Part shown: piece by piece, positions 34,541-45,245 of the stretch | How positions within the stretch are numbered: the first letter of the stretch is position 1 | Layout: each line of letters opens with the position of its first letter | Assembly: GCA_023436115.1 (NCBI GenBank) | Contig: JAEZKQ010000026.1 | Location: forward strand, 129,023 to 193,022 | Direction: 5' to 3' | Length of the DNA stretch: 64,000 nucleotides | Source: Bacillota bacterium | GTDB lineage: Bacteria; Bacillota; Clostridia; Christensenellales; SZUA-584 | Translations under genes and position numbers: made by a program | The notes under the pieces: model-generated | The model's input: the letters and a program-made list of their open reading frames with translations, nothing else | Told to the model about the DNA's origin: nothing | Database searches by the model: none

Positions 34541-35641
34541 CTATGAGTTCGCTAAATAGGCGTTTATGAAAGCGTCAATTTCACCGTCCATGACTGCGCC
34601 CACATTTCCAGTCTCCTCGCCGGTGCGGTGGTCCTTAACAAGGCTGTACGGGTGAAACACATAGGAGCGTATCTGGCTGCCCCATTCGATCTTTTTCATC
34701 TCACCCTTTATTTCCTGTATTTCCTTCATCTTTTCGCTTTCACGTTTTTCGATGAGCTTGGCTTTAAGCATGCGCATTGCCGTCTCTCGATTCTGAATCT
34801 GTGATCGCTCGTTCTGGCACTGCACAACGATATTTGTAGGCAGATGGGTAATGCGGATTGCCGATTCTGTCTTATTGACGTGCTGGCCGCCCGCACCCGA
34901 TGAGCGGTAAGTATCCACACGTAAATCGTCCGGGTTAATATCGATATCTGCCTCATCATCATCCAAATCAGGCATCACATCCAGCGATGCAAACGACGTG
35001 TGACGTCGTGCAGATGAGTCAAAAGGCGATATGCGCACCAGCCGATGTACGCCCTTTTCCGCCTTTAAGTAACCGTAAGCGTTAAGTCCGGTCACCTCAA
35101 TGGTGACGCTTTTCACACCTGCCTCATCACCGGCAAGGAAATCCAGTACACGAACAGCATATTTCTTACGTTCCGCCCAGCGCGTGTACATTCGGTAAAG
35201 CATCTCCACCCAGTCCTGTGCCTCTGTGCCGCCTGCACCCGCGTGCAGCGAGAGTATCGCGCCGTTGCTGTCATATTCGCCGCGCAGCAGCGCCTTAAGC
35301 CGCAGCTCGGAAACATCCTTTTTTAATGATATCAATTCCGCTGTGAGTTCTTCGCCCATGTCAGGGTCACCCGATTCCTCCACAAGCTCCAGCAGCACAG
35401 CCGCATCATCCAATCGCTGTGAAAGCTTTCCGAACTGTTCCAATTTATCCTCAATGGGTTTAAGCTTTTTGTTAACCTTATGAGCCTCTTTGATATCTTC
35501 CCAAAACCCCGGAGCTTCCATTTTCTCCCGAAGCTCACCCAATTCTTTTTTTAGTGCATCCAGCCCCAGCGCCGCTTCGGCCTCTTTGGCGAGTGTGCGT
35601 ATTTCTGATAATGCCAGCTTGGCTTCGTCTGTTGTCAGCAT
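34541..35641 (-). CDS. prfB: Peptide chain release factor 2 (single uninterrupted ORF)
   Basis: SPF-type region and GGQ motif (SSGAGGQHVNKTESAIRITH). It sits immediately downstream of secA. Confidence 0.92.
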   Translation of the reverse strand: MLTTDEAKLALSEIRTLAKEAEAALGLDALKKELGELREKMEAPGFWEDIKEAHKVNKKLKPIEDKLEQFGKLSQRLDDAAVLLELVEESGDPDMGEELTAELISLKKDVSELRLKALLRGEYDSNGAILSLHAGAGGTEAQDWVEMLYRMYTRWAERKKYAVRVLDFLAGDEAGVKSVTIEVTGLNAYGYLKAEKGVHRLVRISPFDSSARRHTSFASLDVMPDLDDDEADIDINPDDLRVDTYRSSGAGGQHVNKTESAIRITHLPTNIVVQCQNERSQIQNRETAMRMLKAKLIEKRESEKMKEIQEIKGEMKKIEWGSQIRSYVFHPYSLVKDHRTGEETGNVGAVMDGEIDAFINAYLANS

Positions 35642-35649
35642 AGTCTCCC

Positions 35650-38322
35650 CTACTCCGCATGTCCACAGCAGTTCTTAAATTTCTTGCCGCTTCCGCACGG
35701 ACACGGCGAATTGCGGCCAACCTTATTGCCGCTGGAATCAAGCACTTTCTTGGGCGCTTCCACAACCCGAGGCGCTTCGCGATGAATCGGCTTAGATGTG
35801 AGCTTGACATGGAACAGCATGGTGATCGTATCCTGCTGAATCTCTCTTACCATCTCTTCAAACATATCAAAGCCTTCATTACGGTACTCGATGATAGGAT
35901 CGCGCTGACCGTATGCGCGCAGGCCGATGCCCTGCCGCAGTTGATCCATCGCGTCGATATGCGCCATCCATTTTTCATCGACCACGCGCAGCAGTATGAT
36001 ACGCTCGATCTCACGCATGCTCTGGCCGCCCTGCTCGATCTCCTCTTCCTTGAGTTTATAAAACGCCAGTGCTTTTTCAAGTATCTTCTGCTTTGCGGTC
36101 TCAGGTGTCAGGTCGTCGATCTCATCCTGCTTAAATAGCTGTTCTCCCTTGGGTAAAAACACCTTATAGAAATATTCTGTTAGCCCCGCAATATCCCACT
36201 CCTCCGGGTAAACATTGGCCGGGCAATAAACAGCTGTGATCTCTTCGATCAGCGATGTCATAAGGCTCACGATGTGCTCGCGTATATCCGCGTCCGTAAG
36301 CACCATACGCCGTTGTGAGTAGATGATCTCACGCTGTTTATTCATGACATCATCGTACTGAAGCACGTTCTTTCTGATTTCGAAGTTTCTCGCTTCGATA
36401 CGCTTTTGTGCCGATTCAATCTGACGCGTCAGCAGCCCCGCCGCGATCGGAATATCGTCATTCTTGCTGACGGCACCCATGATGCCCTGAACACGCTCTC
36501 CGCCGAACAAACGCATCAAATCATCGCTCAGTGAAATGAAGAACACTGACGAACCCGGGTCTCCCTGACGTCCGCTGCGGCCGCGAAGCTGGTTGTCGAT
36601 ACGTCGGGATTCGTGCCGCTCCGTACCCACGATGTGCAAGCCGCCTAAGCTGACAACCTCGTCATGCTCGGGAAGCATCGCCTTCTTATGCTTATCGAGT
36701 AACTCCGCATAACGTTTGCGTGCCCTCAATATATCTTCGTCGTCAGTGGGCGCATGGCCAACCGCCTGCTCAATCAACTCTTCCGAAAAGTCTTCAAGGC
36801 GCATATCGGCTCTGGCGGAAAAGTCGGGGTTGCCGCCTAGTATGATGTCAGTACCGCGGCCTGCCATGTTGGTCGCAATCGTGACCGCACCTTTTTTACC
36901 CGCCTGCGCAATGATCAGCGCTTCCTTTTCATGGTTCTTGGCGTTAAGCACGTTGTGCTTGATACCGGTTCGCACCAGCATGCCGGATAGCCGCTCGGAT
37001 TTTTCAACCGATACCGTACCGACAAGCACAGGGCGTCCTGTCTGATGCACACGCTTAATCTCTTCCACCACCGCCCGGAACTTGCCTTCCTCAGTTGCGT
37101 AGATCACGTCGTTCATGTCGTCGCGTATCATCGGTTTGTTTGTGGGAATCAGCACGACGTCCAGGCTGTATATACCCTGAAACTCGTCTTCTTCTGTTTT
37201 AGCCGTACCCGTCATGCCCGAGAGTTTTGTGTACATGCGGAAATAATTCTGAAACGTAATGGTGGCCAATGTGCGTGTCTCGCGCTCCACCTTGACGTTC
37301 TCCTTGGCTTCAATAGCCTGATGCAAGCCGTCGGAATAACGGCGGCCCATCATCAAACGGCCGGTGAACTCGTCTACGATAATGACTTGACCGTCTTTAA
37401 CAACATAGTCGATATCGCGTTTCATAAGGTTGTTGGCCTTCAGCGCCTGATTGATATGATGGTTAAGCTCCGTGTTTTCAATATCCGACAGGTTCTCAAC
37501 GCCAAACGCTCTTTCCGATTTCGCAACGCCCTGCTCTGTCAGGTTCACGGCTTTGAGTTTTTCATCGATTGTAAAGTCCTCTTCCTCTTTGAGTTGCTTC
37601 ACAAACCTGTCTACCGTAGCGTACATATCTGTACTCTTGTCTCCCGCACCGGATATAATGAGCGGCGTTCTGGCCTCGTCGATGAGTATACTGTCAACCT
37701 CGTCAACAACCGCAAAATACAGATCTCGCTGTACCATACGTTCCTTGCGGATGACCATGTTGTCTCTTAAATAGTCAAAACCGAACTCGTTATTCGTGCC
37801 GTAGACGATATCACAGCTATATGCTTTACGCCTGTCTTCCGGCGATACCTCGTGAATAATCAAACCGACAGTATAGCCAAGGAAAGTATAGAGCTTACCC
37901 ATCCACTCCGAGTCTCTTTTGGCCAGATAGTCGTTAACGGTCACAACATGCACACCTTTTCCGGTCAGCGCATTGAGACACACGGCCAGCGTCGCCACCA
38001 GCGTTTTACCTTCGCCTGTCTTCATTTCAGCGATACGCCCCTGATGCAATACGATACCACCGATTAGCTGTACATAGAAATGGCGCATACCCAATACACG
38101 GCTTGATGCTTCCCTAACCTGCGCAAACACTTCAGGCAGCAGGTCGTCAAGGCTTTCTCCGTCTGCATAGCGTTTTTTAAATTCATCTGTTTTAGCGGCA
38201 AGCTCACTGTCACTAAGCGCCTTGAATTGACTCTCCAAAGCCTCCACTTCGTCGGCTATTTTTCTGATCTTCTTAAGCCGGGAGTCATTGCTTCCCGAAA
38301 TCATATTTTTTAAAAGGCCCAT
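35650..38322 (-). CDS. secA: Preprotein translocase ATPase SecA
   Basis: Contains [40 protein letters not shown] and the C-terminal SEC-C motif [14 protein letters not shown]. The start was trimmed to ATG 38322 (MGLLKNMI...). Confidence 0.93.
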   Translation of the reverse strand: MGLLKNMISGSNDSRLKKIRKIADEVEALESQFKALSDSELAAKTDEFKKRYADGESLDDLLPEVFAQVREASSRVLGMRHFYVQLIGGIVLHQGRIAEMKTGEGKTLVATLAVCLNALTGKGVHVVTVNDYLAKRDSEWMGKLYTFLGYTVGLIIHEVSPEDRRKAYSCDIVYGTNNEFGFDYLRDNMVIRKERMVQRDLYFAVVDEVDSILIDEARTPLIISGAGDKSTDMYATVDRFVKQLKEEEDFTIDEKLKAVNLTEQGVAKSERAFGVENLSDIENTELNHHINQALKANNLMKRDIDYVVKDGQVIIVDEFTGRLMMGRRYSDGLHQAIEAKENVKVERETRTLATITFQNYFRMYTKLSGMTGTAKTEEDEFQGIYSLDVVLIPTNKPMIRDDMNDVIYATEEGKFRAVVEEIKRVHQTGRPVLVGTVSVEKSERLSGMLVRTGIKHNVLNAKNHEKEALIIAQAGKKGAVTIATNMAGRGTDIILGGNPDFSARADMRLEDFSEELIEQAVGHAPTDDEDILRARKRYAELLDKHKKAMLPEHDEVVSLGGLHIVGTERHESRRIDNQLRGRSGRQGDPGSSVFFISLSDDLMRLFGGERVQGIMGAVSKNDDIPIAAGLLTRQIESAQKRIEARNFEIRKNVLQYDDVMNKQREIIYSQRRMVLTDADIREHIVSLMTSLIEEITAVYCPANVYPEEWDIAGLTEYFYKVFLPKGEQLFKQDEIDDLTPETAKQKILEKALAFYKLKEEEIEQGGQSMREIERIILLRVVDEKWMAHIDAMDQLRQGIGLRAYGQRDPIIEYRNEGFDMFEEMVREIQQDTITMLFHVKLTSKPIHREAPRVVEAPKKVLDSSGNKVGRNSPCPCGSGKKFKNCCGHAE

Positions 38323-38697
38323 ATTTTCCCCTTTTCTTCCACCTTTTAGAGTGACAGAATCGATCGTATATCTCAAATAGATGAAAACATACTGTATCAT
38401 TCTACCACTGAGCGCCATGATACGCAAGCTGCAGACCCTCTAAACGGGGCTGCCGTCTGTGAATAAAACGTAAAACATTCCAGCCATATATTAGTACCGC
38501 GACTCATTATAAGGATGCTTATAACTTTGAAATTTTTTATACGAATGTTATTATATACATAATGATAATGAATGGTTTTATAAGTTATTGGACACATTTC
38601 GACATTTTGCTGTTAAAAGCTTCTTGCGGCGTTGACTTTTTTTCCTTTTGTGTGGTATGTTTTAAGAATAATTTTTAAGGTATAAAGGGGAAAAGCT

Positions 38698-38904
38698 GTG
38701 GCTAAGGTGACAATCAACAAAGATGCCTGCAAAGGCTGCGGGCTGTGTGTAACGGTGTGCCCCAAAAACATCGTTGTGCTCTCAAAAACACATATCAACG
38801 CAAAAGGATATAATCCTATGGAAATCACGGATATGAGTTTGTGCATCGGCTGTGCCAACTGTGCAAAAACATGCCCTGATTTTGTGTTGACAGTCGAAAA
38901 ATAG
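38698..38904 (+). CDS. 2-oxoacid:ferredoxin oxidoreductase delta subunit (2x[4Fe-4S] ferredoxin)
   Basis: GTG start. CKGCGLCVTVCP and CIGCANCAKTCP motifs. First gene of the four-gene OFOR cluster. Confidence 0.8.
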   Translation: MAKVTINKDACKGCGLCVTVCPKNIVVLSKTHINAKGYNPMEITDMSLCIGCANCAKTCPDFVLTVEK

Positions 38905-38951
38905 TAAGCCTAAAAAAGAGGCTTGTAATAAATTTTTAAGGTGGCGACAGA

Positions 38952-40013
38952 ATGGCAAAAGTTTTAATGAAAGGTAATGAGGCTATCGCGGAAGCGGCCA
39001 TCCAGGCAGGATGCCGGTTCTTTTTTGGCTACCCGATCACGCCTCAAAATCAGATACCCGAGTATATGTCGCGGCGTATGCCCGAGGTCGGCGGCACATT
39101 TTTGCAGGCTGAATCTGAAATTTCCGCGATCAATATGGTTTATGGAGCAGCAGGTGCAGGCGCGCGCGTGATGACATCTTCGTCGTCCCCCGGCATCAGC
39201 TTAAAGCAGGAAGGCATCAGCTATATCGCATGTGCCGAGCTCCCTTGCGTCATCGTAAACATCGTCCGCAGCGGACCCGGACTCGGCGGTATTCTTCCTT
39301 CACAGGGAGACTATTTTCAGTCCGTCAAAGGCGGCGGCCATGGTGACTACCGTCTCATCGTTTATGCACCCTCGTCAGTTCAAGAGGCGGCAGACTGTGT
39401 CATGGAGGCTTTTGAAACGTCCGATTATTACCGTGTCCCCGCACTTATCGTAGGAGATGGCATGATCGGCCAGATGATGGAGCCCGTCGAGTTCAAGCAG
39501 CCCAAAAAGCGTGATCTGCCTGCCAAATCGTGGGCAGCCACAGGTTATGACGGTACACGGCCGCGCGCTGTCGTCAACTCGCTTTATATCGAGGCCGACG
39601 AAATGTGCGCCGTGTCTGCAAGGCTTCAGAGCGTTTACCGTCAGATTGAGCAGAACGAAACGCAATATGATACATTCATGATGGATGATGCAGAAATATG
39701 CATTGTGGCATACGGTACCACCTCGCGTATCGTACGCAATGCCATCACCAAAGCGCGCAGCGAATATGGCATTAAGGCGGGTTTGATCCGTCCCATCACC
39801 ATATGGCCTTATCCCTCGCAGGCGATTGCCGACGCAGCCAAAACATGCAAGGCTTTCCTTTCTGTCGAAATGAGCACAGGCCAGATGGTCGAAGATGTGC
39901 GTCTCGCCGTCAACGGGGCGCGTCCCGTATCGTTTTTCGGCACCACGGGCGGTATAATCCCCACACCGAAACAGGTTATTGAAAAGCTTATTGAGATAAA
40001 GGAGGGACTGTAG
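38952..40013 (+). CDS. 2-oxoacid:ferredoxin oxidoreductase alpha subunit (Kor/Vor type)
   Basis: MKGNEAIAEAAIQAGCRFFFGYPITPQ is the typical OFOR alpha N-terminus. The substrate (2-oxoglutarate or branched 2-oxoacid) cannot be decided by eye. Confidence 0.85.
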   Translation: MAKVLMKGNEAIAEAAIQAGCRFFFGYPITPQNQIPEYMSRRMPEVGGTFLQAESEISAINMVYGAAGAGARVMTSSSSPGISLKQEGISYIACAELPCVIVNIVRSGPGLGGILPSQGDYFQSVKGGGHGDYRLIVYAPSSVQEAADCVMEAFETSDYYRVPALIVGDGMIGQMMEPVEFKQPKKRDLPAKSWAATGYDGTRPRAVVNSLYIEADEMCAVSARLQSVYRQIEQNETQYDTFMMDDAEICIVAYGTTSRIVRNAITKARSEYGIKAGLIRPITIWPYPSQAIADAAKTCKAFLSVEMSTGQMVEDVRLAVNGARPVSFFGTTGGIIPTPKQVIEKLIEIKEGL

Positions 40014-40014
40014 C

Positions 40015-40752
40015 ATGGCAGTTGTATTTAAAAAAACCCCGCTCATCCGCGACGTTCCTTTCCATTATTGCCCCGGTTGCACACACGGCATTGCGCACAG
40101 GCTAGTGGCCGAATGCATCGAGGAGATGGGTCTTAAGGAAAAGGCAATCGGCATCGCCCCTGTGGGCTGTGCTGTGTTCGCCTACAAGTATTTTGACATC
40201 GATATGTTTGAGGCCGCTCATGGCCGCGCGCCCGCTGTGGCCACAGGCGCAAAGCGTGTGCATCCTGATAATCTTGTATTCACCTATCAGGGTGACGGCG
40301 ATCTGGCGTCTATCGGCGCAGCGGAAATCGTTCATGCGGCTGCACGCGGTGAGAAGATCACCACCATATTCATCAATAACGCCATATATGGCATGACAGG
40401 CGGACAGATGGCACCGACAACGCTGGTGGGACAGAAGACCACAACATCTCCTTACGGACGTGACGCGAGCCATTGCGGCTACCCCGTTCGTGTATCAGAA
40501 ATGCTGTCGACTCTGGAAGGTGCGGCCTATATTGAACGTGTCTCCTTGCACGATGTCCCCAATATCAACAAAGCAAAGAAAGCGGTCCGAAAGGCTTTTG
40601 AAACCCAGATGTCCGGCAAGGGTTTCTCACTCGTCGAGATACTTTCCACTTGTCCCACAAACTGGGGCCTCTCCCCCGTCGAATCGATAAACTGGCTCAA
40701 GGAAAACATGATCCCGTATTATCCTCTCGGCGTGTATAAGGAGGCGAAGTAA
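40015..40752 (+). CDS. 2-oxoacid:ferredoxin oxidoreductase beta subunit (TPP-binding)
   Basis: YCPGCTHG and GDGD...NN.IYGMTGGQ TPP-binding motifs. Confidence 0.88.
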   Translation: MAVVFKKTPLIRDVPFHYCPGCTHGIAHRLVAECIEEMGLKEKAIGIAPVGCAVFAYKYFDIDMFEAAHGRAPAVATGAKRVHPDNLVFTYQGDGDLASIGAAEIVHAAARGEKITTIFINNAIYGMTGGQMAPTTLVGQKTTTSPYGRDASHCGYPVRVSEMLSTLEGAAYIERVSLHDVPNINKAKKAVRKAFETQMSGKGFSLVEILSTCPTNWGLSPVESINWLKENMIPYYPLGVYKEAK

Positions 40753-40753
40753 C

Positions 40754-41290
40754 ATGACAAGTGAAATGATAATGGCAGGCTTTGGCGGTCAGGGCGTGCT
40801 TCTGATGGGACAGCTTATCGCCTATGCGGGCATGATTGAAGAAAAAAACGTGTCGTGGCTGCCGTCATACGGCCCCGAGATGCGCGGCGGCACGGCCAAC
40901 TGCTGTGTCATCGTGTCCAGCGATCCCGTCGGCTCCCCCGTTGTCACAGAAGCAGACGCTGTAATCGTAATGAATAAGCCCTCTCTGGACAAATACGAGA
41001 GCGCTCTAAAACCGGGCGGTGCACTGTTTATTAATTCGTCTCTGATAGACAAAAAAGCGACGCGCAGTGATATCGATGTGCACTATATACCCGTCAACGA
41101 TATTGCGACCGAACTGGGCAATCCGCGTGTGGCTAACATCGTGATGTTGGGCGCATACGTAGCTTCTTCCGGCGCTGTCAGCAAAAAAAGCGTGATCGAG
41201 GCTGTAGAGTATGTACTGGGTCACGGCAAAGCGCACTTGATACCGATCAATGAAAAGGCCTTCGATGAAGGCGCAAAACGTGTTAAATAG
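40754..41290 (+). CDS. 2-oxoacid:ferredoxin oxidoreductase gamma subunit
   Basis: AGFGGQGVLLMGQL...EMRGG is the typical gamma-subunit signature. Confidence 0.85.
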   Translation: MTSEMIMAGFGGQGVLLMGQLIAYAGMIEEKNVSWLPSYGPEMRGGTANCCVIVSSDPVGSPVVTEADAVIVMNKPSLDKYESALKPGGALFINSSLIDKKATRSDIDVHYIPVNDIATELGNPRVANIVMLGAYVASSGAVSKKSVIEAVEYVLGHGKAHLIPINEKAFDEGAKRVK

Positions 41291-41299
41291 GCTTAAAGC

Positions 41300-41334
41300 A
41301 AAAAGAGCTTCTTTGATGAGGCTCTTTTTTATTT
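41300..41334. terminator. Bidirectional intrinsic terminator between convergent genes
   Basis: AAGAGC-loop-GCTCTT hairpin flanked by an A-run and a T-run. Confidence 0.65.
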
Positions 41335-41361
41335 GCAGTGGATCTTTTATCAATAGGCTAT

Positions 41362-41637
41362 TTAAACATCACAGGCTTCACAGAATTTGATCGACAGAGG
41401 CAGCTTTTTGCCGCAGTAAATACAGTTTTCGATTTTGCCCGTTTTTCTTTGTCCGCAGGTACTGCAGTATGCTGAGCCTGTCATGATTTCAGAACTACAG
41501 TGCGGGCAGGCCAAAACTGCCGTTCCATGCATGCGTCCGCTTTTAAGCGCCGCATGTGTTTTCACTTGATGCAAAGACACATCCCTTGCCGCGTTTCTCT
41601 CTGAATCTCTGATCTCCGGGTTTCTGGATTGACTCAT
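41362..41637 (-). CDS. Small zinc-ribbon protein (91 aa, function unknown)
   Basis: Four CxxC pairs (CPHC...CSTC...CIYC...CEAC). RBS is GGAGG. Monocistronic, between a leader/terminator and a bidirectional terminator. Confidence 0.6.
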   Translation of the reverse strand: MSQSRNPEIRDSERNAARDVSLHQVKTHAALKSGRMHGTAVLACPHCSSEIMTGSAYCSTCGQRKTGKIENCIYCGKKLPLSIKFCEACDV

Positions 41638-41671
41638 TTTTACCTCCGGCTTTCATTTATTCGTTCTTATA

Positions 41672-41834
41672 GAAACAAAAAGACTTTTAGCTTGATAACT
41701 CAACCAAGCTAAAAGTCTCGTTTCCTTAAAAGGCTGTATAACCAGATGCCTTAGGGCATCGTACTGTTGGCTTTACAGAATAACTACTCCCTCTTAACAT
41801 TATTATTTTACGCTGTGGACAAACCCGCTGTCAA
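41672..41834 (-). promoter_or_regulatory. Promoter plus about 125-nt structured leader ending in a strong terminator (riboswitch/attenuator-like; class unassigned)
   Basis: Minus strand: TTGACA (41829-41834), 18 nt spacer, TAAAAT (41805-41810). The leader is GUUAAGAGGGAGUAG.... A 13-bp terminator stem, GACUUUUAGCUUG/CAAGCUAAAAGUC, with a U-run lies at 41672-41717. The leader 5' end GUUAAGAG can pair with CUUUUAGC in the terminator's 5' arm. Confidence 0.5.
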
Positions 41835-41850
41835 TGAACGATATGTGAAC

Positions 41851-41886
41851 AAAAATGAAAAAGAGCCTCTGCACATCGAGAAGCTC
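41851..41886 (-). terminator. Intrinsic terminator after ilvB
   Basis: Minus strand: GAGCUUCU-loop-AGAGGCUC followed by UUUUUCAUUUUU. Confidence 0.65.
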
Positions 41887-41913
41887 TTCTATGAGTTTTT
41901 ATATTGACACTCA

Positions 41914-43569
41914 TTAAGAAATGTTCATCAAGATATTATCGATCGCTGCACCCGGCGGAACCATGGGCAGCACCATCGTATCCTGATCGATCACACAATG
42001 GATAAGCGACGGGCCTTGGTGACTAAGTGCCGCTTGCAGGGCCTGCCGGAACGCCTCCACATTATCGATCTTCTGAGCGAAATACCCAAACCCGCGTGCG
42101 ATGGCACAAAAATCCATGGACGGCAGTGTGGTTTCCGAATAGCGCTTGTTGAAAAGCAGTGTCTGCCATTGGCGTACCATACCCAGCGTGTTATTGTCAA
42201 AAAGTATCGTCACCACAGGGATATTATAACGCGTCGTTGTCGCCATCTCATTAAGATTCATACGCAGACAGCCGTCACCCGTGATATGCAGCACTTTTTT
42301 TTCGGGGTGCGCGACCTGCGCGCCGATAGCCGCACCGAGGCCATAACCCATCGTGCCGAGCCCCCCCGACGTTAAAAACTTGTCGTGTTTTTTAAACGGG
42401 TAATACTGCGCCGTCCACATCTGATGCTGGCCCACATCAGTGACGATGATGGTATCCTCGCCGAGGCGCTCATTGATTGCCTCCATGATTTGTTTTGGCA
42501 GATGCCCTTCGGGTATATGCGCTTCGTTCTCCGCTTTCCATTCGTTGATACTTTTCACCCATTCAGGATGTTTCTTCTGCGGCATAAGCGGATTCAGCTG
42601 GGTCAGCGCCGTCTTGATATCCTGAATCACATGGACATGAGTGGGTATGTTTTTATTGACCTCAGAAGCGTCGATATCGATCTGTATGATCTTCGCGTGC
42701 GACGCAAACTTGCTCACGTCGCCAGTCACCCTGTCGCTGAAGCGAGCACCCAGAACGATGAGCAGATCGCAGTTTTGAAACGCCATGTTGCTTGCCTTCG
42801 TGCCGTGCATGCCCACCATGCCCATATAAAGCGGATGCTTGGACGGGAATGAGCTCACGCCCATCAGAGTGCAGGCCACGGGCGCGTCGATATGCTCGGC
42901 CAGCTTGAAAAGCTCGTCACTTGCACCCGAAAGCACCACGCCGCCTCCCGCGAGTATGACGGGCTTTTCCGCCTTATCAATGAGTACCTTGATGTCCTGT
43001 GCTGGTATATCCGAATACTTGCACGCGATACTGTAATCACTTTCGGGCGGCGTATATTCGCATACCTGTGTGAAAATATCGCTTGTGATATCGATAAGTA
43101 CCGGGCCCGGCCGTCCGCAGCGCGCGAACGCAAAAGCCTCGCGGAACACGTCGGATATTTTTGTGATATCCTTGATCTGATAATTATGCTTGGTTATGGG
43201 CATCGACACGCCCATGATGTCCACTTCCTGAAAGCTGTCGGTGCCCAGCAGGCTGGCCGGTACGTTGCCTGTGATGGCGACAACGGGAATGGAATCCATA
43301 TAGGCCGTCGCCAGCCCCGTCACAAGATTGGTACAGCCGGGGCCGGATGTCGCAATGCAAACGCCCACCTTGCCCGTGGCACGTGCGTAACCGTCCGCCG
43401 CGTGCGAAGCACCCTGCTCATGAGCCGTTTCAATATGTCTGATCGTCGATCTCTCGTCATACAGCGCGTCGTAAAGCTTGATGACCTTGCCGCCCGGATA
43501 ACCGAATACGGTATCCACGCTTTCACGCTTCAAGCACTCCATGATAATTTGTACGCCTGTTAATTGCAT
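41914..43569 (-). CDS. ilvB: Acetolactate synthase large (catalytic) subunit, biosynthetic type
   Basis: 551 aa TPP enzyme (GYPGG..., GPGCTNLVTG, GLGTMGYGLGAAIGAQ, ITGDGC). It lies in the ilv operon. Confidence 0.9.
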   Translation of the reverse strand: MQLTGVQIIMECLKRESVDTVFGYPGGKVIKLYDALYDERSTIRHIETAHEQGASHAADGYARATGKVGVCIATSGPGCTNLVTGLATAYMDSIPVVAITGNVPASLLGTDSFQEVDIMGVSMPITKHNYQIKDITKISDVFREAFAFARCGRPGPVLIDITSDIFTQVCEYTPPESDYSIACKYSDIPAQDIKVLIDKAEKPVILAGGGVVLSGASDELFKLAEHIDAPVACTLMGVSSFPSKHPLYMGMVGMHGTKASNMAFQNCDLLIVLGARFSDRVTGDVSKFASHAKIIQIDIDASEVNKNIPTHVHVIQDIKTALTQLNPLMPQKKHPEWVKSINEWKAENEAHIPEGHLPKQIMEAINERLGEDTIIVTDVGQHQMWTAQYYPFKKHDKFLTSGGLGTMGYGLGAAIGAQVAHPEKKVLHITGDGCLRMNLNEMATTTRYNIPVVTILFDNNTLGMVRQWQTLLFNKRYSETTLPSMDFCAIARGFGYFAQKIDNVEAFRQALQAALSHQGPSLIHCVIDQDTMVLPMVPPGAAIDNILMNIS

Positions 43570-43580
43570 AAGTCTCCCCC

Positions 43581-45242
43581 TTATTGCAGCACGGCTCCCT
43601 TATCCGCCGAGGACACAAGCCGTGCGTATCGGTAAAGCCAGCCGCTTGTCACGCTGAGCTCTCTTTTTTCAAGGCTGCTCAGCCGTTTATCTATCGTTTC
43701 CTGATCCACTTTTAGCGATATTCGCCGCGCGGGTATATCGATTTCAATGGTATCACCCTCGTTGATGACGGCGATTACACCGCCCGCCTGTGCTTCGGGC
43801 GAAACGTGCCCGATAGCCGCACCGCGTGTCGCGCCGCTGAAACGTCCGTCAGTGATCAGCGCTACCGTTTTGTCCATGCCCATACCCGCAAGCGCGGATG
43901 TGGGGCCCAGCATTTCGCGCATACCCGGGCCGCCTGAAGGGCCTTCATAGCGTATCACGACCACATCGCCGTCCTTGATGCTGCCTGCATAGATGGCCTT
44001 AATCGCCGCTTCCTCGCCATCGAACACGCGCGCGGGGCCGGTGTGCTTCATCATTTCGGGTGCCACTGCAGACTGTTTGACCACGCAGCCGTCCGGTGCG
44101 ATATTGCCGCGGAGCACCGCGATCCCGCCCTCTTTTGAATGCGGGGCATCAAAGCTTTTTATGACGGCGCCGTTTAGTATTCGCGCGTCCTTGACGGCTT
44201 CTCCTATCGTCGTTCCTGCCACGCACTTTGCGTCGCTCTGTATCAACCCATGCTTATTCAGCTCGTTGAGAACAGCGTATACACCGCCCGCCGCATCGAG
44301 GTCGACGATATGCGTGCGGCTTGCGGGCGCGAGCTTACATAGATTCGGCGTTCTTTTGCTGATTGCATCTACCAAATCAAGGCTCAGCTTAATACCGCAT
44401 TCGTTGGCGATGGCCGGTAAATGCAGCACCGAATTGGTGGAGCATCCTAGTGCCATATCCAGAGCGAGCCCGTTCTCAAACGCCTTTTGTGTCATGATAT
44501 CACGCGGGCACAGATTCATATCAAGCAGCTTCATGAGCTGCATTCCACTCTCCTTGGCAAAGCGTATGCGCGCTGCGTGTACAGCGGGAATCGTACCATT
44601 CCCGCGCCGAGCCATACCCAGCGCTTCCGCGAGGCAGTTCATACTGTTTGCGGTAAACATGCCCGAACACGAGCCGCAACCGGGACACACTGAGTTCTCC
44701 AGCTTATTAAGCTCTTCCTCGGCAAGCTTTCCCGCGCTGTATGCGCCCACCGCTTCAAATATGGTGGTCAGGCTTGCGTCCACGCCGTCCAAGTCTTTAC
44801 CGGGCAGCATAGGGCCGCCGCTCACAAATATTGAGGGCCTGTTCACGCGAGCTGCTGCCATCAGCATACCCGGCACGATTTTATCACAATTGGGTATAAA
44901 AGCGACTGCGTCAAAACCGTGCGCACCCACCATCGATTCGATAGAATCGGCTATGAGTTCGCGTGAGGCCAGCGAATAACGCATGCCCGTGTGCCCCATA
45001 GCAATACCGTCACAAACACCGATGGAGGGTACCATGATGGGTGTTCCGCCTGCCATCCGAACACCGTCGGCCACAGCCTTCGCGATTTTATCCAAGTGAA
45101 TATGACCCGGAACAATCTCATTCGCCGCGTTGATTACAGCCACCAGCGGACGCAAGAGCTCCTCATCCGTATACCCCATCGCTTTAAACAAAGACCTGTG
45201 CGGCGCTCTGTCCGCACCCTTTTTGACGCTGTCGCTTATCAT
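43581..45242 (-). CDS. ilvD: Dihydroxy-acid dehydratase
   Basis: [28 protein letters not shown] and [10 protein letters not shown] motifs. Confidence 0.93.
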   Translation of the reverse strand: MISDSVKKGADRAPHRSLFKAMGYTDEELLRPLVAVINAANEIVPGHIHLDKIAKAVADGVRMAGGTPIMVPSIGVCDGIAMGHTGMRYSLASRELIADSIESMVGAHGFDAVAFIPNCDKIVPGMLMAAARVNRPSIFVSGGPMLPGKDLDGVDASLTTIFEAVGAYSAGKLAEEELNKLENSVCPGCGSCSGMFTANSMNCLAEALGMARRGNGTIPAVHAARIRFAKESGMQLMKLLDMNLCPRDIMTQKAFENGLALDMALGCSTNSVLHLPAIANECGIKLSLDLVDAISKRTPNLCKLAPASRTHIVDLDAAGGVYAVLNELNKHGLIQSDAKCVAGTTIGEAVKDARILNGAVIKSFDAPHSKEGGIAVLRGNIAPDGCVVKQSAVAPEMMKHTGPARVFDGEEAAIKAIYAGSIKDGDVVVIRYEGPSGGPGMREMLGPTSALAGMGMDKTVALITDGRFSGATRGAAIGHVSPEAQAGGVIAVINEGDTIEIDIPARRISLKVDQETIDKRLSSLEKRELSVTSGWLYRYARLVSSADKGAVLQ

Positions 45243-45245
45243 TGT

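Noticed and set aside
34541-35641. Programmed +1 frameshift site expected in prfB
   Set aside because: I read the first 40 codons. The ORF is continuous through the region equivalent to the E. coli shift site (…AALGLDALKKEL…), with no in-frame TGA and no CTT TGA motif. This RF2 gene is simply unshifted, as in a minority of bacteria.
38397-38858. Minus-strand ORFs of 66 and 81 aa in the secA / OFOR divergent intergenic region
   Set aside because: They have no RBS. The second overlaps the well-supported ferredoxin (delta subunit) gene on the other strand. The region is better explained as divergent promoters.
41784-41791. Assigning the 41.7-kb leader to the yybP-ykoY (Mn2+) riboswitch class on the basis of GGGAGUAG
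   Set aside because: Only short strand motifs match. I could not draw the four-way junction, and the downstream gene is not a metal transporter. It is reported as an unclassified leader instead.
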